Part shown: one piece after another, positions 16,480 to 25,262 of the stretch
Position numbering within the stretch: the stretch's first letter is position 1
Layout of the letters: every line of letters starts with the position of its first letter
Virus record (IMG/VR): IMGVR_UViG_3300020016_000008
Location: 1 to 49,886 of that record
DNA: 49,886 nucleotides
Strand: one strand, 5' to 3'
DNA from: a virus
Lineage: Duplodnaviria > Caudoviricetes
Notes under the pieces: model-generated
The model's database searches: none
Told to the model about the DNA's origin: nothing
What the model saw: only the letters and a program-made list of their open reading frames with translations
Position numbers and translations under genes: made by a program

Positions 16480-16716
16480 ATAAAGCCCCTGATAAAACAG
16501 CGACTTAGGCAGCGTGCGGAGGTTCTCAGAAATAGGGGAAAAACCCGAACGAAACCGGACTGTGCGGGGCGAATCCGGGGGATCCCCCGCACACTCGCCC
16601 CGCACACTCACCCAAAGTCGGCCGCCGTGCGGGTCGAGGACACCTTCCATTTCTTGCAATCGCTAGGTACGCTTACGGTGCCGCGGCCTGCTGCAGGCGC
16701 CGGCCGAGAAGGTTGA

Positions 16717-17034
16717 CTAGCGGCTATTGGTGATCTTCGCGAGCTTGCGGAGCATCTTGACCGCGTCGAACCCGATCGCTGTGGCAAGGGCGAGGAACTC
16801 GATCACATGAATTGGCCGTTGCCCGGTTTCCAATTTGGTGACCCATGACTGAGATCGCCGCAGACACTTGGCGACATCGGCCTGATTCAACCCCTTGGCC
16901 TCACGCTCTGCCCGGAGCCACTTGGCCAGACACTTGTGTCGTTTGGTTGCTATCGTCTTCACCCTGAGAATATGAAACTCAGCGCAACGATATTCCAAAA
17001 CGGAATAATTTGCATATTCCAATTCCACATACAA
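16717..17034 (-). CDS. XRE-family HTH regulator
   Basis: LR..R...GLNQADVA..L.RSQSWVTKLETGQR; start probably GTG near 16962. Confidence 0.85.
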   Translation of the reverse strand: MYVELEYANYSVLEYRCAEFHILRVKTIATKRHKCLAKWLRAEREAKGLNQADVAKCLRRSQSWVTKLETGQRPIHVIEFLALATAIGFDAVKMLRKLAKITNSR

Positions 17035-17235
17035 TTATGCGAATAGATGGAAACCCTGAGCTTGTTCGTCAGGTGTAATACCGATTGCCATGAACTTGTC
17101 GGTCAGGGGCGATACCGATGCATTACCGTTGCATTAACTTCGCGCTTGACAAACGATTGTCACGCAATCGTTATACAGCCTGACGGTTTGTCCAAAAAAT
17201 AGCTCGCACCTAGGGCTTGACGGAAGCACCCGCAA

Positions 17236-17622
17236 ATGCCGTTCACCCGGCAGATCGGCCAGCTCGTCGGCATGACACGGCGTGGCAAGGGGGTCACGCA
17301 GGCGCGCCTCGGTGAGCGGCTCGGCCTCACGCAGCAGCAAATTCATCGGTACGAAAAGGGCGACGACCATATCTCGGCCAGCCGGCTGCATGAGATCGCG
17401 CTGGCGTTAGAGGTCGATACTGGTAGGTTTTTCCCGCCCCGCCCCGGCGCCGGTGCAGAGACCACCAGCACCGACAACAACAGCCTGGAGGACAGACTTC
17501 TGCTCGCATTCGCGAGCATTCGCGGCAAGGATCGTCGTGTGCAAGTGGTCGATATGATCGAGACCTACGCCAGGAAACAAATGAGCGATGCCAGCCGGTA
17601 CAAACAACTATTTTGTTGGTGA
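17236..17622 (+). CDS. XRE-family HTH regulator
   Basis: TQARLGERLGLTQQQIHRYEKG...ISASRL..IA.AL. Confidence 0.88.
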   Translation: MPFTRQIGQLVGMTRRGKGVTQARLGERLGLTQQQIHRYEKGDDHISASRLHEIALALEVDTGRFFPPRPGAGAETTSTDNNSLEDRLLLAFASIRGKDRRVQVVDMIETYARKQMSDASRYKQLFCW

Positions 17623-17669
17623 TCGAAACGATGACCGACCACAATGCCGCGACCTTGATGAGGTAAGCC

Positions 17670-17918
17670 ATGAAAATCTGGGCAAAGACGAAAGAGTTCT
17701 TTGAAGGTAAGTTTTTGGTGGTTGTGCCGCATTGGCCTCAGATCGACCGCAAGCTCGATGTGCTGATCGAGCGGGTCGACACTTTGACCGGGCGCGTATT
17801 GGCATTGGAAAACATGGTCGGTTTCTTGGTGTCGCAGAGCGCGATTGGACGCATGGACAAGATCGAGCAGAGGTTGGAACGAATCGAACGGCGACCGACC
17901 ACAATGCCGCGACCTTGA
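17670..17918 (+). CDS. coiled-coil hypothetical protein flanked by 26-bp direct repeats
   Basis: GAGG RBS; repeats at 17633-17658 and 17893-17918. Confidence 0.6.
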   Translation: MKIWAKTKEFFEGKFLVVVPHWPQIDRKLDVLIERVDTLTGRVLALENMVGFLVSQSAIGRMDKIEQRLERIERRPTTMPRP

Positions 17919-17920
17919 CC

Positions 17921-18580
17921 ATGGTGCTTGCTGACAGCCATCCCCGCAAGTGCGGCGGCTGCACGCTGTGCTGCAAGCTGCTGCCAATGTCGCCCGATCT
18001 TTATCCGCCCGAGCGCGTGGCCGAGGTGGTCGACGACATGATCGAGGCCGGGTGGGCGAGGCCATCTGACTTTGCCGGCATGGTGAACGAGTGGGCGAAG
18101 CCGGCCGGCGAGCCGTGCAAGCACCAGCGACATCACAAAGGGTGCGCCATCTATTCGCAGCGACCGTTCTGCTGCCGGAACTGGTCGTGCCGCTGGCTCA
18201 CCGGCGACGACACCGCCGACCTGCGCCGCCCCGATCGCTCGCGCTACGTCATCGATCTCGTTCCCGACTTCGTCACCCTGAGGCCAAATGACGGCGGCGA
18301 GCCAACTAACATTCAGGTCGTGCAAATCTGGGTCGACAGCAAAACGCCCGATGCTTGGCGCGAGCCGGCGTTGCTGCGTTACATCGAGCGGCGCGCCGCT
18401 GAGGGCAAGGCCGCCATCATCCGCTTCGACAACAAGGCCGCCATTGCCGTGTTCGCCCCGGCGATCTCGGAGGACGGCCAATGGCACGAGGTGCACCGCG
18501 GCGAGCTGCGGCCGCAGCATGTCGGCGCCGAGCTGATTGCTGGGCTGACGTCGGCGCGCACCGGGGTCAAGGTGGGGTGA
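17921..18580 (+). CDS. YkgJ-like CxxCxxCC cysteine-cluster protein
   Basis: CGGCTLCC ... C.H ... GCAIY..RP..CR.W.C.WL. Confidence 0.75.
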   Translation: MVLADSHPRKCGGCTLCCKLLPMSPDLYPPERVAEVVDDMIEAGWARPSDFAGMVNEWAKPAGEPCKHQRHHKGCAIYSQRPFCCRNWSCRWLTGDDTADLRRPDRSRYVIDLVPDFVTLRPNDGGEPTNIQVVQIWVDSKTPDAWREPALLRYIERRAAEGKAAIIRFDNKAAIAVFAPAISEDGQWHEVHRGELRPQHVGAELIAGLTSARTGVKVG

Positions 18581-18584
18581 GCAC

Positions 18585-18785
18585 ATGGCGCACTTGCGGT
18601 TAAAGCCTGGGATTGCAGCCAAGCTTACATGGAGTCGACCCGACTCTCGCATCGCACCGTTCTGCTCGCACTGCTTCCGGCATATCCCCGACGACAGTAT
18701 CCCGCTGATGGTGTGGGACCACAAAGGCGCGTGCGTGCAGTTCTGCGATGACTGCGTGGAAAAATGCTTCGAGGAGGATCGATGA
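18585..18785 (+). CDS. small zinc-finger-like protein
   Basis: CSHC ... CDDC. Confidence 0.6.
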   Translation: MAHLRLKPGIAAKLTWSRPDSRIAPFCSHCFRHIPDDSIPLMVWDHKGACVQFCDDCVEKCFEEDR

Positions 18786-18807
18786 ATCGAAACGCTGGAG
18801 GGTGAAC

Positions 18808-19092
18808 ATGCGATCGAGCGACGCAAAGTTGTCTGCTGCGCTTCGCGAGGCCGGCCTGACCGAGTTGGCTGCGCGCGCCCACGCGGGCGAGTTCAACGAA
18901 TTCTTCGGCGAGTACGCCGCCCCCATGTTGTTGCTCGCCGACTTGCTGCACAAGGTCGGCACACCAGCCGCATTGGCCGTGCGCGCACGCTTGATCAACG
19001 GCGAGTTTGACGCCGGCAAAGACGAAAGCGAGGAATGGGCGCAAAGCGAGGAAGGCCAGGACGCGATGCGGCGGCTGGTGGACAGGAAGTAG
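18808..19092 (+). CDS. hypothetical protein
   Basis: GGAGG RBS; GC3-biased codons. Confidence 0.65.
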   Translation: MRSSDAKLSAALREAGLTELAARAHAGEFNEFFGEYAAPMLLLADLLHKVGTPAALAVRARLINGEFDAGKDESEEWAQSEEGQDAMRRLVDRK

Positions 19093-19176
19093 GTCTGCGA
19101 CATCTGCGGCTTGAGCATCATAGTCACGACAGCAGGCCGCGCTCGGTCAAGCTGCGGTGCAAAGGACACTGAGCAC

Positions 19177-19210
19177 AAAAAAAGAAGGGCCGCTTGCGCG
19201 GCCCCAGTTT
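19177..19210 (-). terminator. intrinsic terminator between convergent operons
   Basis: GGGCCGC-TTGC-GCGGCCC hairpin with an A-tract on the left (U-tract on the minus strand). Confidence 0.65.
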
Positions 19211-19302
19211 GGGGAAACGGACGGGGAGGACCGTCCGGCGTTTTATCGGGGGCTGCGGCGGTCCAGCTCAGCCTGCAGCAACATCGCGATGGCATCCTCC
19301 TT

Positions 19303-20241
19303 TCATTTGATAATGACCTTGGCGAAGTACGGCGGGAGAGTTTGGTTCTGGTCGAACTCGATCCGCACCAGCTGCTGTCGTTCGACGGGGGCCAAGGTCT
19401 TCTGAAACTCCTTCGGCAGTGCCCCGGCAATGTTGCTGATCTTTGCGATGGTGCCGGCCAGGGCCCCATTGACCACACCGCCGCCGGCATCGACCTTGAC
19501 CTTGTCGCCGACCTTGAGCTGGTAGAGCCGGTCAATCGGAAAGAAGGCGAGGACGTAGCGATGCTCGCCGACCAGTTCGATCAGCGGCTCGCCCTCGCGC
19601 ACTACCGCCCCCGGGCCGACCTTGATCACACTGACCACGCCGTCGATGGGCGAGCGCATGTTGCCGGCGTCGAATGAGTTCTGCAGGTCAAGCAGCGCCA
19701 TGTCGGTCTGTCGCGAGGCTTCAACCACCATCGTGATCTGTTCGCTAAGTGCCTGCTTCTCGGCCTGTAATGCGGCGAGGTCCTGCTTACCCCGGAACAT
19801 CTGGTCGACCGCCGTCGTGCGCGTGATGGTCGGCGTGTTGCCCTTCTCAGCCGAGGCCCCAAGCTGGGCCGCACCTTCGGTCGCGACCTTCTCGCGCAGC
19901 TCAGCCGCGGTCAGCAATGAATTTTGCATCTGAAGCCGGGTGCTGTTCTCCGCCAATTTGGCGGTCAGTGATGCGGAACTGATCGTCAGTCGCGCGCTCA
20001 CTTCTGTGATTCGGGTCGATGTGACGCGAGCAACAACGTCCCCCCGTTTGACCGACTGTCCTTCTTCCACCAGCACCTGCTTAACAGTGACGGTGTACTC
20101 GGGCGCGACCGCAGCAGGATCGCCGACCACCAGCCCCTCGCTGTGAATGTAGACCCAGCCGCCGGTTATGGAACTGCCGATCCATGTAAAGAGGCTAAGC
20201 AAGCCGCTGATGTAGAACCACCGGACGAATGTACGCTTCAT
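19303..20241 (-). CDS. HlyD-family membrane fusion protein
   Basis: N-terminal TM; lipoyl halves V.EGQ.V..GD.VA and RSPIDGVV...V..G.VV..GEPL around a coiled coil. Confidence 0.88.
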   Translation of the reverse strand: MKRTFVRWFYISGLLSLFTWIGSSITGGWVYIHSEGLVVGDPAAVAPEYTVTVKQVLVEEGQSVKRGDVVARVTSTRITEVSARLTISSASLTAKLAENSTRLQMQNSLLTAAELREKVATEGAAQLGASAEKGNTPTITRTTAVDQMFRGKQDLAALQAEKQALSEQITMVVEASRQTDMALLDLQNSFDAGNMRSPIDGVVSVIKVGPGAVVREGEPLIELVGEHRYVLAFFPIDRLYQLKVGDKVKVDAGGGVVNGALAGTIAKISNIAGALPKEFQKTLAPVERQQLVRIEFDQNQTLPPYFAKVIIK

Positions 20242-21440
20242 GTCAGCCGCCAGCGCTGGGCCTTCGGGACATAGTCGTCATGGCGCGTGATCGAGAATGC
20301 CAGCTCGGCCGCCAGCGCGAACACCCGCAGCGGGCGCAGCACGAACGTCTGCTCGATGAGGTAGAGCGGCACGTAGGGGACCAGTCGCAGCGGCAAGCCG
20401 ACCAATAGAACGATGATCCCGTCGAGAACCGCCAGACCGAGCATCACGGCGCCCAAAATCACGAAGGCCGTGGCACCGACCTTGGTCCATATCCACCACA
20501 CATAGACCGGGAATACCAACTGCAGCACGACGGAGAACACCAGCACGTCGAGGCTCGTGACGAGATTGCTACCCGTCAGGTTGCGCGCGATCGGGTTAAC
20601 CATCCCGCCGAACTTGAACAGCCAGATCGTGATGATCGAGGCGTCCCAGCGCAACCGTTGGAGCGTAAGCCCGGTGATATCCTCGGGCACGTTGGTCGAA
20701 GCGTAGGCATTGCCGGCATAGCGCAGCTTCCAACCGGCGCGCCGCAACTTCATAGCCAAGGCTGCATCTTCCGCAACCTCGACATCCAGCCCGCCGACCG
20801 CGGTGAGGGCTTCGCGTCGGAACACACCGCCGGCCCCCGACACATTTGGCAAAATGCCGAAGGCATCCGAGCACATGCGCCCAGCCGTGAACTGAACCGC
20901 ATACTCGATGGCTTGCAGCCGCGTGATGAGCGAAACATGCGCGTTGCGGACCCGCAGGTTGAGGCCGACGCCGGCCACGTCCGGGTCCAGAAAATACGGT
21001 TTCACGGTCGCGATCGCCTCGGGCGCCAGCGTGGTGTCGGCATCGCAAATCACCACCAGATCGCCGGTGCAGTGCGCCAGCGCCTTGTTCACCGAAGTCG
21101 GCTTGCCCTGACGCTCCTCGTTGCGCAGAACGATTACGCCCAGCGACGGCAGCACCAGCCTGGTGTCGTCCTCGGAACCGTCATCGACCGCAACGATCTC
21201 TTCGACCCCGGCTGCCCGCAAAGCGCCAACACAGGCAGCGACTGTCTTTTCCTCGTTGTAGCAAGAGACCACCGCGCTGACCTGGAAGCTGGTCTGCCCC
21301 TGCGGATAGCGGCCGGGCGCAATCGCGACCACAAAGGTCGACAGCAAGTAGCGCGGCACGTCCATGATGATCATGAGCCAGAACAGCAGCACCAGCTCGC
21401 CGGAGCCCAACGCTAAGAGCATATCGAGCGGGGCGCTCAT
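20238..21440 (-). CDS. processive GT2 polysaccharide synthase (PgaC/HAS/NodC-like)
   Basis: YNEE, DDGS, DADT, SGAGG.FR, AED and QRLRW (D,D,D,QxxRW) with flanking TM helices. Confidence 0.92.
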   Translation of the reverse strand: MSAPLDMLLALGSGELVLLFWLMIIMDVPRYLLSTFVVAIAPGRYPQGQTSFQVSAVVSCYNEEKTVAACVGALRAAGVEEIVAVDDGSEDDTRLVLPSLGVIVLRNEERQGKPTSVNKALAHCTGDLVVICDADTTLAPEAIATVKPYFLDPDVAGVGLNLRVRNAHVSLITRLQAIEYAVQFTAGRMCSDAFGILPNVSGAGGVFRREALTAVGGLDVEVAEDAALAMKLRRAGWKLRYAGNAYASTNVPEDITGLTLQRLRWDASIITIWLFKFGGMVNPIARNLTGSNLVTSLDVLVFSVVLQLVFPVYVWWIWTKVGATAFVILGAVMLGLAVLDGIIVLLVGLPLRLVPYVPLYLIEQTFVLRPLRVFALAAELAFSITRHDDYVPKAQRWRLT

Positions 21441-21961
21441 TCAACCACCTCGAACGGTGCCTCTGGATAAGCGTCCATGCGCGAGATCAAGTTGCACTGC
21501 GAGATCGTGTAAATCCTGAGAACATACTTACCGACGGGCAGTGGCGGGTGGTCCATGACCGACACCGTCCGAATGACATCGCTGGTGCCCTGGGTGATGA
21601 TCCCAATAAGCGAATCCCGGTAGCCGATGAACTCGGTCTCGTTGCCTTCCTTGATTGCCGAGCCTTCGACCCCGTGCCGCTCTAGCACTTCCACCGCAGC
21701 CTGCTTGTCCTTGTACACGATGAAACGTTGCACGTCGGTCCTGCACGGCTTGTTGCGCCGGAACACCGCCAGGTACTTGAGCTGCTCGCCGGGCTTGATC
21801 TTGCTTTCAAACAACTCCAACCGCATCGGCTCCACAGGCGGAATGAAGAAGTCCGAAGCCAGGTACGAAAACACGATGGTCATGGCAAAGAAGTACACCG
21901 CCAGCGAGGCCAGGAAGAACCTGGCGACCATGTGACCGATGATGCCAAGGGAAAAGTTCAT
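21437..21961 (-). CDS. membrane-anchored hypothetical protein
   Basis: N-terminal TM; ATGA coupling. Confidence 0.7.
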   Translation of the reverse strand: MNFSLGIIGHMVARFFLASLAVYFFAMTIVFSYLASDFFIPPVEPMRLELFESKIKPGEQLKYLAVFRRNKPCRTDVQRFIVYKDKQAAVEVLERHGVEGSAIKEGNETEFIGYRDSLIGIITQGTSDVIRTVSVMDHPPLPVGKYVLRIYTISQCNLISRMDAYPEAPFEVVE

Positions 21962-22212
21962 CGGAACAACTTGACCACGTTGCCACCAACGGACACCAGC
22001 CAACCGATGACGGCCCCCGCTCCCATCAGTAGGGCCATTGCCCCGATGCCCTTGTTCATCAGCGAAGAAACCTCCCCCTGTTTCTTCTCCAGTTCATCGA
22101 CCCGCTTCATGAGACCGCGCTGCCGTTCGACCAGCAGCGTGATCTCGGCTGACGCCGACGCTGAACTGCGCGGCCGACGGCGACCAGCATCATCCTCGCC
22201 ATCTTCATTCAT
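21958..22212 (-). CDS. coiled-coil plus TM holin-like protein
   Basis: Short coiled coil then a Gly-rich TM; ATGA coupling. Confidence 0.6.
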   Translation of the reverse strand: MNEDGEDDAGRRRPRSSASASAEITLLVERQRGLMKRVDELEKKQGEVSSLMNKGIGAMALLMGAGAVIGWLVSVGGNVVKLFR

Positions 22213-22502
22213 ACACCCGGGCCTGTCTTGACCTTGCCGGTGAGGCTGTCCTTGACCGGGATGTCGGCCTCTTTCGCCACATACACCGGCACGGCGGCCG
22301 TCTTCCAGCGCACGAACACCCCCCAAGCCACGCCGGCCACTGACATGGCAGCGCCGACGATCTGCTCGACCACGGCCTGGTCAATGGTGCCACCCATGCC
22401 GGCGTGCGTGGCCATCGCCGTGCCGGCACCGACCAGCCCATAGCGCACCAGCATCCAAGGATCCATGGAACGCTCGGTGTGCTTGTCGTCGTCAATGGTC
22501 AT
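22209..22502 (-). CDS. putative holin (Pam3-gp28-like)
   Basis: LVRY.L..AG......G......EQIVGA.....GVAW; two TM segments. Confidence 0.65.
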   Translation of the reverse strand: MTIDDDKHTERSMDPWMLVRYGLVGAGTAMATHAGMGGTIDQAVVEQIVGAAMSVAGVAWGVFVRWKTAAVPVYVAKEADIPVKDSLTGKVKTGPGV

Positions 22503-22544
22503 GACACGAGCTTCCCGTTCACCGTCACGGCCTTTTTTTGTAAA

Positions 22545-22760
22545 TCACGTGCAGATTATGCGAATCCTAATCAATTGCTCGGAACTCAATTTATGCCGGG
22601 CCTCGGCCGACTGCACGATGACGTAAAACAACGCGAGCAACGCTATGTTCATGACCACCAGCGCGAGCGCGAGAGGCTGGCTTTTCATGACCTCTATAAA
22701 GCCAGTGGCGACCTCGCCGCCAACGTGGTCGTGTTGATGGTGCCGGCGCAGGAAGGTCAT
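22545..22760 (-). CDS. membrane protein, paralogue of 23262-23504
   Basis: VA.GF...MKSQP..L.LVVMN motif shared by both. Confidence 0.55.
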   Translation of the reverse strand: MTFLRRHHQHDHVGGEVATGFIEVMKSQPLALALVVMNIALLALFYVIVQSAEARHKLSSEQLIRIRIICT

Positions 22761-22793
22761 GCATGATCCCAGTCATCGGCTATTTCAACTGGA

Positions 22794-23018
22794 TCAAAAC
22801 CCAGAAGGGTGTCGAGTGCTGATAAGCTCGCGAATGCGCTGCAGAATGTTGATCGCGGACGTTGGCTGTCGCTCCACGAACCCGCCCGCCGTGTCGACGA
22901 TGACAGCTAATGTGGCGCGCAAAGCCGCATTTTCCTCGTAAAGCCTAAGCGCTTCCATGCGCAGCTCGTGATCTGTCACCATGCCGATCTCACTGTTGAG
23001 CGCGGTACTCGGGTTCAT
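22794..23018 (-). CDS. hypothetical protein
   Basis: GAGG RBS; compact ORF. Confidence 0.5.
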   Translation of the reverse strand: MNPSTALNSEIGMVTDHELRMEALRLYEENAALRATLAVIVDTAGGFVERQPTSAINILQRIRELISTRHPSGF

Positions 23019-23028
23019 GATTGCCTCA

Positions 23029-23250
23029 TCACCGGTGGACGATGCGCAGAGTCGGTATGCCGAACGCGAGCGCGACCAACATGTAAAGGGCGATCAGTGC
23101 CACGATCAGCAGGTAGATGCGCTGCACGTTCCAATCGATCGGCCAATTGAACCACTTGAACAGCATCACGATGATCGCGCCGATCAGAAGCAGAAAGGCG
23201 ACGACGATGGCGATGTTGATCACTCCCAGCACGATGCCGCTCAGTGACAT
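23029..23250 (-). CDS. 2-TM membrane protein (lysis cassette)
   Basis: AGGAGG RBS; two hydrophobic helices. Confidence 0.7.
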   Translation of the reverse strand: MSLSGIVLGVINIAIVVAFLLLIGAIIVMLFKWFNWPIDWNVQRIYLLIVALIALYMLVALAFGIPTLRIVHR

Positions 23251-23261
23251 GATGGCTCCTC

Positions 23262-23504
23262 CTATCGCGGAACCGATTGGGGGACGATGCAGGTCGACAG
23301 CAGCTGCTGCACTTCCCGTTGCCCCGTGAAGATCATCTCGAACTCGGTCCGGCGCTGATCCTGCGCGAACCGGATGACGACATACAGCATCACCACCATT
23401 GCAAGGTTCATCACCACCAGCCCAAGCATGATGGGCTGGCTCTTCATTGCGTCCAGGAAGCCGCCGGCGACCTTCCCGGCTTCCTCGACCGGCCCGGGGT
23501 TCAC
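23262..23504 (-). CDS. single-TM lysis-associated protein
   Basis: GTGA-coupled to the endolysin gene; one TM. Confidence 0.7.
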   Translation of the reverse strand: MNPGPVEEAGKVAGGFLDAMKSQPIMLGLVVMNLAMVVMLYVVIRFAQDQRRTEFEMIFTGQREVQQLLSTCIVPQSVPR

Positions 23505-24541
23505 GACCTCTTCTCCCCATTCACCGTCACTGTCACGTCTACTCCAGCCGGCGCCGTGATCGCTACCGTGACCGCCTGCTCGTCCGGCTGTGGCGGGATC
23601 GGCTGCGGCACCTCGCTGCCAGGCGCGAGGATATCCGCAATGTCGGTGCAGATCGTATCGAACTTGGCATTGTAGATTCCAACATCGGCCGAGCTATCCA
23701 CGAAGCACACCTCGACGAGAATCGCTGGCATAGCCGTATTGTTCAAGAAGAACAGGTCCGTGCGTTTTTTGGGACCACGGTCTATGAGACCGCTTAACGA
23801 GATCGCCTCGGCCATGTCATCAGCCAGCACCTGCTGGGTCAGATACAGACACTCAGTGCCCACCGGCTTCGACGTCTCAGCATTCGCATTGAAGTGGATC
23901 GACACGTCGAGATCGCGCTGCTGCGCGTTGTGGTAGTTCACGATCTTGTTCAGGTTCTCGCTCGACGTCGTGGACGTCATGTCAATGAACGATTTCACAT
24001 CGATAGCGCGCGAGCGCAGCACTTCGGTCACGCGATTGACCACGCGCACGTTCTCGTCGAACTCGTCGATGATGCCGACCGCGCCGCGGCACCTCGCGCT
24101 ATGGCCGGCTGAGATAACGATGCTTCTGTAACCCACTGGTTGCTCCCCTTCGGCTGGATATTCCACCGTCACCTCGTCATCGGTCTGGATGCCAAGCGCC
24201 TCCATGAGGCCGGGCGATATATCGGCGATGCGGCCAGTGTTGGAGTTGGGTCCCCAGTCAGCAGGCGCCGCCAGGAACGTCTTGCCGGTCTTGGTTGCCG
24301 TGACCCGCGCCAGATGCTCGAGCAGTGACGGCTTGGGATATTGATCGTAGTCCCACCGGCAGGCGACGTAGTATTCGTCGGGGTCGAGCCGCCGCGCCAG
24401 CCCAGTAGTCCCAGGCGGCTGCGTCGGCAAGAATAAGTCCGGTGCGTCAGCCACGTCGTAAATGAACGCGAGGCCCTCGTCGGGCGCGACCCCGGTGTCC
24501 TGCGGACCTCCGAACCATGAGCACTTGCCGGTCAGATGCAC
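23501..24541 (-). CDS. endolysin: RlpA-like DPBB domain plus Amidase_3
   Basis: ISAGH, E, VSIHFNA and PAILVEVCFVDS amidase motifs; N-terminal G.CSWFG...DWGP...RIADISP. Confidence 0.9.
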   Translation of the reverse strand: MHLTGKCSWFGGPQDTGVAPDEGLAFIYDVADAPDLFLPTQPPGTTGLARRLDPDEYYVACRWDYDQYPKPSLLEHLARVTATKTGKTFLAAPADWGPNSNTGRIADISPGLMEALGIQTDDEVTVEYPAEGEQPVGYRSIVISAGHSARCRGAVGIIDEFDENVRVVNRVTEVLRSRAIDVKSFIDMTSTTSSENLNKIVNYHNAQQRDLDVSIHFNANAETSKPVGTECLYLTQQVLADDMAEAISLSGLIDRGPKKRTDLFFLNNTAMPAILVEVCFVDSSADVGIYNAKFDTICTDIADILAPGSEVPQPIPPQPDEQAVTVAITAPAGVDVTVTVNGEKRS

Positions 24542-24545
24542 GATG

Positions 24546-24647
24546 TCACCTTAACAATGCTGCGAACAGGATCAAGCCCACCAGAACAACAGCGCCGACG
24601 GCCAGCAGCATAAGCAGCCAGCGCGGGTTGCTATTGAAGTCGCTCAT
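24546..24647 (-). CDS. 33-aa TM peptide
   Basis: MSDFNSNPRWLLMLLAVGAVVLVGLILFAALLR fills the intergenic gap. Confidence 0.45.
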   Translation of the reverse strand: MSDFNSNPRWLLMLLAVGAVVLVGLILFAALLR

Positions 24648-24649
24648 CT

Positions 24650-25234
24650 TCAGAGGCTCGTGGAAAAGTTTACATTCAGCGTGTCGCCGTTGACGACCGC
24701 CTTATCGCCGGTCGTGAACGTCCCGGCTGACCACAGCGTCCCGCCGGTGTTGTCCTTGGTGGCGGATGCGCCCGAGCCGTAGCAGAGGAACGCACCCTTC
24801 ACGGTCCCCGTCGATGTGATCGCGAACGACAGTGCCGCCGACAGTGCCTTTGATCCCGATGCCGCGGCCGACCAGACCGCGGTCTTGCGATTACCGGAAT
24901 ACGTTGGTGCGTTCGTGCCGCCGGCCTCCAGCCATCCTGCATGCGACGCCATCGTGTCGCTGGCCGAGACTGCCGAGTAGGAAGTCGACGAGATCAGGCC
25001 CATGAACGGCCCGGTCACGGTGTAAGCCGACCCGGCAAGGAAGGTATCTAGCGCCAGGTTCTTGCCGACGGTCGCGACCACGTTCTCGATCGTGTCGCGC
25101 CATTTGAGCCTGCCGTCTGCGCCAATACATTCGACCTCGTAACGGCCGTGCGCCTCGGCATGCTCACCGATGCCACTCCCACGTATCACGGATGCGTCGT
25201 TATGCTCGCACGCCTGCGCGCTTTCCTCAGTCAT
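24650..25234 (-). CDS. virion/tail-tip structural protein
   Basis: Beta-rich; W.D...NVV.T.GKN..LD and V.NGDTL.V motifs; lies in the tail module. Confidence 0.7.
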   Translation of the reverse strand: MTEESAQACEHNDASVIRGSGIGEHAEAHGRYEVECIGADGRLKWRDTIENVVATVGKNLALDTFLAGSAYTVTGPFMGLISSTSYSAVSASDTMASHAGWLEAGGTNAPTYSGNRKTAVWSAAASGSKALSAALSFAITSTGTVKGAFLCYGSGASATKDNTGGTLWSAGTFTTGDKAVVNGDTLNVNFSTSL

Positions 25235-25262
25235 GGATTTCCCCTTAAGTTGTCGGTCGCGA

